From positions 1 to 60,369 of the IMG/VR virus record IMGVR_UViG_3300013133_000005: a DNA stretch of 60,369 nucleotides; one strand, written 5' to 3'. Below are positions 30,669-39,500 of the stretch, in pieces. The stretch's first letter is position 1, and each line of letters opens with the position of its first letter. The stretch is from a virus (taxonomy: Duplodnaviria; Caudoviricetes). Position numbers and translations under genes: made by a program. The notes beneath the pieces are model-generated. The model searched no databases and had not been told where the DNA came from. It was given only the letters and a program-made list of their open reading frames with translations.

Positions 30669-30775
30669 TTGTGGTGTGGTTAGTGGCTATCAAAACCCTG
30701 ACCGCATTGTACGTTACAGGTATCGTAGGTACCATCGCGTACAATGCGATCAATATTGATATGAACAGCAGAGAA

Positions 30776-31603
30776 TCATTCATCGCCATCGTCGCTGTTG
30801 ATTGCCTGGATGACCCTGATTGACTTTTTGATTGCATCTTCCAGTGTCTCTTTGAGTGAGTCTGAGATTTGTTGATCCTTAATGTCTTTGACCATATCCC
30901 CGACCAAATACATGGGGTAATTGATATTAACCCCGATCTTCTGGCCAATCAGCATCAATGCGAAGAGTTCGATATTGTGTGTTCCGTACATTCCCTGCGC
31001 ATTGAGTTCGCCAATCAATTTGCCGGCTTCAATGGAATAGTACTCTTTTGCTTCGTCGAATGACAAAAAGGTTCCAACTTCGCGAAGGCTGTCGCACTTT
31101 TTGATGATGAATGACATTGCTTTTTCAAACTCATCAAGCTGCATCAACATCACCATATACTCTTGTGGCAGCATACTGCTTGGAGCACCCATTTTGATCA
31201 GGATGCGGGCGTCGTTTGTTACATGGTGGGAATCTGATCCAAGCGATACTCCGAGCAGCGACCTAAACATTGAGAATTCGGCATTGCTCAGGTATGCCCG
31301 CCCGACGATTTTGCATGTATACATATACAACAGACAGGTTACACGCAACAGGCCGTCCTTCTTCAGGCGGTCTTGAAGTGATTCCTGGCCAAACGTCTTT
31401 TCATCATCTCCAAGAATAAACCTTAGGGAGTTGGCGATAATGTTATCCACCCTATCTGACTTTGAGAACGATTTGATCTTGTTCAGACAATCAATGCTTT
31501 CACCCTGCGACTTCAGAAATGCGCGAGCATATCTGACAAGATCTTTCTCGATCGCCTTAATCGACGACTTGGTCCTAACCCTTTTTATTCTTTTTTTTAG
31601 CAT
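30776..31603 (-). CDS. hypothetical protein
   Basis: 275 aa. Confidence 0.6.
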   Translation of the reverse strand: MLKKRIKRVRTKSSIKAIEKDLVRYARAFLKSQGESIDCLNKIKSFSKSDRVDNIIANSLRFILGDDEKTFGQESLQDRLKKDGLLRVTCLLYMYTCKIVGRAYLSNAEFSMFRSLLGVSLGSDSHHVTNDARILIKMGAPSSMLPQEYMVMLMQLDEFEKAMSFIIKKCDSLREVGTFLSFDEAKEYYSIEAGKLIGELNAQGMYGTHNIELFALMLIGQKIGVNINYPMYLVGDMVKDIKDQQISDSLKETLEDAIKKSIRVIQAINSDDGDE

Positions 31604-31814
31604 TCTGTCCCCTCACCAGGAAATTGGCCATCTTGTTACAACACGATTGACAAACAGGCATTGGAAACCCGCCGGCGATGTGCACGACAAGGTGATTGGT
31701 TCCAGCCTTGATTGCCCGATGGCACCCGCAAGTTCTGCTTCTTACCGATGACTCAAAACGAAAATCCACCAGTCTGTATCCAGTGGCTCTGCGAATACTG
31801 AATTGATTAGGCAT
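31575..31814 (-). CDS. small Zn-finger protein
   Basis: TCGC...VCQSC; SD GGAGG. Confidence 0.5.
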   Translation of the reverse strand: MPNQFSIRRATGYRLVDFRFESSVRSRTCGCHRAIKAGTNHLVVHIAGGFPMPVCQSCCNKMANFLVRGQNAKKKNKKG

Positions 31815-31829
31815 ACCCCTCCAGGCAAA

Positions 31830-31904
31830 TCGGGAAGACAGGATTTGAACCTGCGACTTCTTGGTCCCAAACCAAGCGCTCTAGCCAGACTGAGCTACTT
31901 CCCG
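31830..31904 (-). tRNA. tRNA-Pro(TGG)
   Basis: CGGGAAG acceptor, anticodon arm CTTGG-TT-TGG-GA-CCAAG, GGTTCAAATCC T-loop; CCA not encoded. Confidence 0.95.
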
Positions 31905-31910
31905 TTGTGG

Positions 31911-32207
31911 TTATCGGCTACTGAATCGTAGTGTGAATGACTGCAAGATCGTCCAGCGCTCTCGGGCGCCAAGCTTATTGAGCGCCGTCAGCAATTCATC
32001 TGAATAATCCATGACAACAGAGAAACAAAGAACCTCTTCGCCATCGAATTTCACCTTGGGAATCAAGATCATGCTTTTTGATACTGGAATCAAGTCTGTA
32101 ACAATTCCTACACGAAGAGAGTTGTCGTCCGGGTTTGCCTCAAAGGAATTGGATACAGATATGACTTTCTTCCCAATCCAGTGTTCTTTCAATTTGTCAG
32201 GTGACAT
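31911..32207 (-). CDS. hypothetical protein
   Basis: 98 aa between the tRNAs. Confidence 0.55.
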   Translation of the reverse strand: MSPDKLKEHWIGKKVISVSNSFEANPDDNSLRVGIVTDLIPVSKSMILIPKVKFDGEEVLCFSVVMDYSDELLTALNKLGARERWTILQSFTLRFSSR

Positions 32208-32514
32208 GTTGGTTGTGCTCCTCCACCTGGTGTAAGATTTTCTTTATATTTCGCTTATGCCTGACATCTTCAGCGAAGCTGCTGATCGTAGACCTGATCA
32301 TAAAGCCTACAAACCATGCACCAAACCCTATGACCATGACGACGAACCCTGCAATGAGTCCATAAACAAAAACTGAAAAGGCCTTATCAATCCAGTGCGC
32401 CATGTTGGACATTGGGATTTTCCAAATCGCAAATCCAATCGATGACAGGATCACCAGGCCGAGGATGAGGTCAACAAGCGGCCCCTCCCATAGCGCAACG
32501 AAAAAACGTTTCAT
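32197..32514 (-). CDS. two-TM membrane protein
   Basis: Two hydrophobic segments, basic C-terminus, SD GGAGG. Confidence 0.6.
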   Translation of the reverse strand: MKRFFVALWEGPLVDLILGLVILSSIGFAIWKIPMSNMAHWIDKAFSVFVYGLIAGFVVMVIGFGAWFVGFMIRSTISSFAEDVRHKRNIKKILHQVEEHNQHVT

Positions 32515-32532
32515 CTATCCTCCGGTAGAATT

Positions 32533-32604
32533 CTGGGGTGGATGGATTCGAACCACCAAATAGCAGGACCAAAACCTGCTGGCTTGCCATTTGCCGACAC
32601 CCCA
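32533..32604 (-). tRNA. tRNA-Gln(TTG)
   Basis: TGGGGTG acceptor, GCAGG-TT-TTG-GT-CCTGC anticodon arm, GGTTCGAATCC. Confidence 0.95.
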
Positions 32605-32671
32605 ATGGGCATATGTCAAGTATACACCATGCGAAAAAAAGAGAATTATATACTCGTCCAGGCTGTGTCAG

Positions 32672-32715
32672 CAAAAAACAGGAAGGTGGCACTGGCGCAA
32701 TGCGCGCCAGTGCCT
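32672..32715 (-). terminator. terminator-like hairpin
   Basis: GGCACTGGCGC/GCGCCAGTGCC stem with T6 9 nt downstream on -. Confidence 0.5.
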
Positions 32716-32788
32716 GCGGTCCACTTGTTGTTTTCACCACAAGTCGATCAGGATCATCATCGAGATCATAATGACCTCCCTTCCTGTG

Positions 32789-33445
32789 TCACTTCTGGTC
32801 GTCGGTCGGTTCCAGGGCGACACTCATTTCCTCGTCCGACAGCAGGCCGTCGTCGCCTTCGTCCTCTGAGGACGAGTCTACAGCTCTACCACCCATTGCA
32901 TCCACTGCCATGACGTACTGCTCGTACGCCATTGCAGTCAACGACTGCCCCATCTTGATAACGGTCTTGCACCCATTGATTGTGATCACCAGGGCGTCGT
33001 TGATGGGCGTGGACTTGAGTCTCCACACCTCATCCAGGTAGACCGGCCCACCACGGTCACGCTCGTAGCCCGAACCAAACGCCACGCGTTGAGGATGACC
33101 AGACAATACCTCGATCTTCCCTGACCCCGTCATTTTGGACGGGGTCGAAGTAAGAATGCGTACGAGAGCCTGGCCCTTCATCTCGTACTTTGGCTTGGCG
33201 AGCACCGGGAACTTGGGCCTCGTGGACGGCTCCTTGCGGGAGTCCACGATGAAAGGAAATGCCTCTAAGACCCGCATCCCCGTGATGACGGGGGGATGGT
33301 GGATTGAAAGCCTAAGGTGGTAGAATACCTTGTTCTCAGATCCCAGATACACAACTGGGATTTCAATCCCACGTTTGCGATCTTCGGCCATGGTGACATT
33401 CAGGCCTTCTTCCAATACACCATTGTGGTACGTGAAGCACTTCAT
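32789..33445 (-). CDS. hypothetical protein
   Basis: Start MKCFTY with SD GGAGGG; acidic tail. Confidence 0.6.
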   Translation of the reverse strand: MKCFTYHNGVLEEGLNVTMAEDRKRGIEIPVVYLGSENKVFYHLRLSIHHPPVITGMRVLEAFPFIVDSRKEPSTRPKFPVLAKPKYEMKGQALVRILTSTPSKMTGSGKIEVLSGHPQRVAFGSGYERDRGGPVYLDEVWRLKSTPINDALVITINGCKTVIKMGQSLTAMAYEQYVMAVDAMGGRAVDSSSEDEGDDGLLSDEEMSVALEPTDDQK

Positions 33446-33510
33446 CTTACACCCTCCATTGGTTGGTTTTTTTACCCCCATCACCACATGATGACAGGGA
33501 ACAGCCATCT

Positions 33511-33531
33511 CATATTTGTAATTCCATAAAA
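33511..33531 (-). promoter_or_regulatory. recurrent 21-bp motif copy
   Basis: TTTTATGGAATTACAAATATG. Confidence 0.5.
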
Positions 33532-33567
33532 CACATCGTGATAACAATAGTGTTGTGATGTCGCAAT

Positions 33568-36500
33568 TTGGTATGGTATATTCATGGTGTACTCTCCTCT
33601 ATCTTAATGGATCGTAAGATGCCAACGACATCTGAGCAAAAGGTCCTTCAGAGAATCATTAATCTTTCCGCAGAACAGCGCAACAATATCTTCATGAAGG
33701 ATTCTGTAGTCGAAACGGCTAAACAGATCCTGGATGGTATTGAGAGCGAGGGCACAAAGCTTGTTGTGAGGGATGTGTTCGTCAAAGAAAGATTTGACAA
33801 CGCAGACATACAGTCACAGCAAGAGATACGGAACAAAGGGCAAACGTGGGGAGATGAACTTCGCGCCAATCTGGATGTGGTCGATTCTGTCACTGGCAAA
33901 AAGATCGACTCTGTTAATGGCATCAAGATTGCCACGATTCCCAAGATGACAGATCGTGGCACATACTTGATCAACGGCAATGAATTTGAGTTTACACGAC
34001 AGGCCAGGCTGAAGCCTGGTGTGTATACCAAGGTTCAGAATAACGGCGAGATCAGTTCGTTTTTCAATGTCGACAAGACGGTTGACTTCGAGCGCGGATT
34101 CAACAACAACTTCAAGATCAGCTTCAATCCTGAACGTCGCGCATTCTTCATGCAGTACGGAACCAAGAACATACCCCTGATCAATGCCATGAGAGCGCTT
34201 GGTGCCACCAAGGATGAAATGCAGAGGATGTGGGGCAAGGATGTGTATGAGGCAAACGCATCCGCATACGATAAGCATGAGAACCGAGATCAGAATAAGT
34301 TCTACCTTGCCGTGTTCGGTAAGAATCCTGATCCAAAAGCGACCCAGGAACAGATACAGCAAGAAATCAAACAGCGCCTGTTCGACACTGAACTTGATCC
34401 AGACGTAACTCAGATTACTCTCGGTAAGCGATACAGCAAGGTTGATAAGGGCGCCATTCTCGATGCGTCGAAGAAGGTTATCGATATCCATCGTGGCGAT
34501 GTCGAACCGGACGACCGAGAGGCGCTCATATTCAAATCATTCCATGATGCCGATGATCATGTCAGAGAGCGCCTGATCAAGAACGCTGATAAGATCCGCA
34601 GCAACATCAGGTTCAAGCTTGGCAAGACGCGCCAGATAAACAAGTCGATGAGCACACAGACATTCGACCCGTTTATCTCTGGAACGCTGACTACAAGCGT
34701 TCTTGCCAATCCACCGTCTCAAACAAATGTCATGTCCATCGTTGGAGACACGACAAAGATGACGGTCATGGGCGAGGGCGGCATCGGATCGGCCAACGCA
34801 GTCACCAATGATACGCGCCAGATATCCAACAGCGAGGCCGGGTTTATAGACCCGCTGCATACGCCGGAGGGTGGCAATATTGGTATTGCAGTTCATATTG
34901 GAATCAAGACTGTTAAAATGGGCAATGACCTGTACAGTCAATTCTACAATATGAGTGGCGAGAAGCAAATGCTTCGCCCGGTGGATACATATAACCAATA
35001 CGTGGCGTTTCCGGACCAGTATGATGTTTCTGGCGGCAACATGAAGGCTAAGTCTGGAACCATCAAAGCAGTCTACAGGGGGAAGCTTGTTGATGTTCCC
35101 AAATCGAAAATTGACCTTGTAATATCAAGCCCCATCAACATGTTTGACACATCGGCAAACATGATACCGTTCCTTGATTCAATTCAGGGAAACCGTGGGC
35201 TCACGGCGTCCAAAATGCAGGAGCAGGCTCTTCCACTGAAATTCCGCGAGAAGCCGCTATTTAAGATAGTCGATGAAAAAAGAAGGTCGCTCAGCGAATC
35301 GATAGCATCCAATTTCGGTCTTCCTAAGGCAACCGATGATGGCGTTGTCGAATCGGTTACTGATAGGGCCATTACGATCAGGATGAAGGACGGGGAAACT
35401 AAGAAATTCCCTCTCTACAAAGACTTCTCATTGAACGCTGAAAGCTTCATATCCAACATTCCAAGAGTATCTGTTGGCGACAGAGTTGTGAAGGGCCAGG
35501 TTCTTGCTGATAACAATTTCACACAAGATGGCCAGGTCACCGTTGGCGCCAATCTACGTGTTGCATATCTGCCATACAAGGGATACAACTACGAAGATTC
35601 TGCCATCATTTCAGAGAGCGCAGCCAAGAAGCTAACCTCTGAACACATGTATGATTTGAAAGCTCGCAAATCATCCAAGGGTGTTTTTTCTCGTGAGAAG
35701 TTCAGGGCATACTATCCAGAAGAGATGTCCGCCAAGGTTGCAGAAAAGCTTGATAAGGACGGCGTTATCAAGCCTGGGCAGCGGGTCGAGCGCGACGACA
35801 TTATCATAGCCCACCTTGAAAGGCGCACGCCGACCGCAGACGATATAGCGGTCGGGCGTCTCGACAAGCAGCTCAAGAGAGACATGACGAGCCATGCCGT
35901 CAAGTGGGACCATGATTCGGTTGGCGTTGTCACGAGCGTTCAGAAGCATGGCAACAACGTAGTCGTCAACGTGAAGTCAGAAGAACCACTCAAGGTCGCA
36001 GACAAGATATCTGGATTGCATGGCAATAAGCATATCATATCCAAGATTGTTCCAGACGATCAGATGCCATATAATCCAGAAACCGGTGAACGCATCGATT
36101 TGACGATGAGCCCAATCGGAGTGTCCAACCGTATCAATACATCTCAGCTTCTTGAAAATGCGGCCGGTAAGATAGCCGCCAAGACAGGAAAGCAATATGA
36201 AGTTCAGAACTTCAGAGATGTAGACAATACCAAACAGCTGCTTGAGGATCTGAAGGCCGCCGGACTGTCGGACAAAGATGTGCTCATTGATCCTGAAACC
36301 AACAAGCCATTCATCAACCCTGTCGCCAATGGTGTGTCTCATATCATGAAACTTGAGCACAGGATTGATCACAAGTTCTCTGCCAGATACCGTGAAGGCT
36401 ACGATTCAAATGAGCAGCCAGCGTCAGGCGGCCCAGAAGGAGCAAAGAATCTTGGCCGCATGGAGTTTGCCGCCCTGCTTGCCAGAGGCGCTGATGCCAA

Positions 36501-39500
36501 CTTGAAAGAGATGTTCAAGATTAAGGGTCAGCGCAATGACGAATACTGGCGCGCGATGGAGATGGGCCAAAGTCTTCCGCCACCGAAGAACGCATTCGTG
36601 TGGGACAAGATGCTTGCAATGATGGCCGGTTCTGGCATCAACGTCGAGCAGAAGGGCAAGACGTTTACCATGAAGCCGATGACCGACAAGGACATCGACT
36701 CTATTTCTACCGGGGAACTGTCAAAGCCAACAGAGACATATCGCAAGAAAGACCTTGCGCCGATCAATGGCGGCCTGTTCGATCCATCAAAGGCCGGCGG
36801 AATACACGGCGACAATTACACGCATTTCAAATTACCAGAAAAGATACTCAATCCAATTACAGAGGCTGCTGTAGCTTCAATGTTGGACATGCCTCAAACC
36901 AGGCTTGTTAATATCATTGATGGTAAGCAGTTTGTGGATAGGACAACCGGAAAGCTTGTTGATCCCGGAACCCCCAACTCATTCTCCGGCGGCCCGGCAG
37001 TAGAATTGCTATTGAGCAGAATCGATGTTGATGGTGACCTCAAATCGCTCAAGGATCTTGCCCAGACTACCAAGAATTCAACGGCGCTCAACAAGTACAA
37101 CAAGCGTATCAAATATCTCAGAGCACTCAAAGAGAATGGGCTACAGCCAACAGACTACATGATGAGCAAGGTTCTTGTTGTTCCATCGAAGTATCGACCC
37201 ATGTTTACCATGGGTACCGATGGAACCGTCATCATGTCAGATGTTAATGAGCTGTATCAACAGGCTGCGCATACTGCCGAATCAGTGTCTGAACTGAAAT
37301 CGTCTCTCAAAGAAGTTGTCAAGGATAAAGACGCTCAGGATCTCCATCTTGCCGAGGTTCGCGGGCAGATGTATCAGGACGTTAAGGCTGTGGCCGGCCT
37401 TCGCGAGCCCACCGCATTCCTTCACAGGGTAAAAGACAAAAAGGGATTCATCTCTCAGATTGATGGTGGCAAAAAGCAGAGCAAAGAAGGATTCTTCCAG
37501 GACAAGGTTTTTGAGCGCAGGCAGGACTTGGTTGGACGCTCAACAATCATTCTGAATCCAGAACTCGGCGGAGATGAAATGGGCATACCAAAGTCCATGG
37601 CCGAGAAGATATTCAGACCATTCATTATGAAGAAGATGGTCAGCTGGGGCTATTCTCCGCTTGAGGCTCAGAGGCACATCAAAGAGAAGACCTCAATATT
37701 CAACCGAGCCCTTGAGGTTGTATCGGATGAGCGCCTTGTTATCGCCAACCGTGCTCCTACGCTGCATCGATGGAACATGACGGCGTTCAAGCCGAAGTTG
37801 ACTGACGGAAAGTCAATCGAGGTTCCGTCTGTGGTGATAAATAGGAACTTCGGCGGCGATTTCGACGGCGATTGCACTTTGTCAAACGTCATAATTGCCA
37901 TAAATTTCAACGAGTTACAACGAGAAATTCAAAAAAATCAAAAAATACGCTTTGACAGTGATTTCTACATTGACTTAAGCAGTAATATTGACTATATTAC
38001 CTCCATACTCAAGCCTATGGAGGTAAGAATGCCAAGTGTTGAAAAGTTGCTTGTGGACCATGAGGTGGTGGTCCATATGCATATCAGCCAATTTCCAAGG
38101 ATTGAAGAAACCAAAAAGGTCAAAGATAACGGCAATGAGGAATATGATGTTCCTGATGGGGTCTCCATATTTACAATCGACAATGTGACCCACGAGTTTT
38201 CAAAGGTCCCCGTCAAGACGTTCAGCATTCACAAAAATCTGCCGAACTATACGATTGAAACGTCGAGTGGTGATTCGATGCTTTTGTCACACGACCAAAG
38301 TGCCGTCGCCATCAATAGAGCCACCTGGGAAATTGAGAGGGTTACACCAGAAGATCTACAAGACGGCAGGATGATTCCAAAGATTAAGAATACCAACATC
38401 GCCGAGACGATCTTTGAGGTTCCGTTGATAGATTATTCAACTTCAGAAGGTCCAAGCCATAATCCAACCAATCATTGTAAGAAATCAGTAAAGTTGAATA
38501 ATGATTTTGGATGGCTCATAGGAGCTATGGTTGGAGACGGATGGGTCTCAAATTCTATTGGCACACATCAACTATGTCTTGCGGCAATGGATGAAAACAT
38601 AGGCGCCAAATTCTGTCGCGTCGTCAACACGATGCTTGATAGAGACGCGACACCAACTATTATTGATAGGCCGCATGAATTTGAAGGGCGCAAATGTTTT
38701 AGCAGGAAGTATTCGATTACCACGACTGCGCTAACTAACAACTTTGTTCCATGGATAGGCAGGGGCGCCTACAACAAACACCTGCCACCTTTTTATATGT
38801 CAGCGCCTCGCGAGTTTAGGGAAGGTCTCCTTTCCGGCCTGCTTGATACCGATGGAGCAGTGTGCTGGCTCCAAAAGAAGAACGGTAGACAGTTTAACAT
38901 TCAGTACAGTTCTATGTCGGAAGTATTGATTGACGAAATTGTATCATTGTGTCGATCCCTTGGAATATCAGCCTCTATCTCTTTGGGCAATAAAAGACCG
39001 GGTGGAATTGAGCGTCGAGCGGTCTTGTCAACAAACACTGTGCATGGGAAAAAGCTATCATTGGTACACAGAGACAAGTCGAAAGCATTTGCCGAATTTT
39101 GTTCATCAGCACTAAAGGATAGTTCAATATCCGCTCGGCAAGATCTTGTTCCATTTAGTCCTGAAATATTGATGATAGCCAAAGAATTTGTTCATCATAT
39201 TGAAAACAAGGCCCTGTATAACAATATTAATGATTCTAAGAGATACCGTTGGCGCATTTCGCGTCAATCGGCCAAAAGGCTTATAGCGCTCGATTTGAAT
39301 CACAGGCTCCCACAAAGATGGGTTGACATTGTCAACAATGAAAATGTCACCTGGATATATGCCACCTCTGTTAGACTTAACCGACACGGCGTTGATATGT
39401 ACGATATCACCGCCCCTGGACCATACACGTTTATGCTGTCCAATGGAATTATCGTTCAGGACACTTTCCAAATCCATACTCCGATCAGCCCGAAAGCCCT

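Noticed and set aside
31830-32604. Suppressor tRNAs or stop-codon recoding
   Set aside because: Anticodons are ordinary (TGG, TTG) and long genes are intact under the standard code, with TAG and TGA both used as stops
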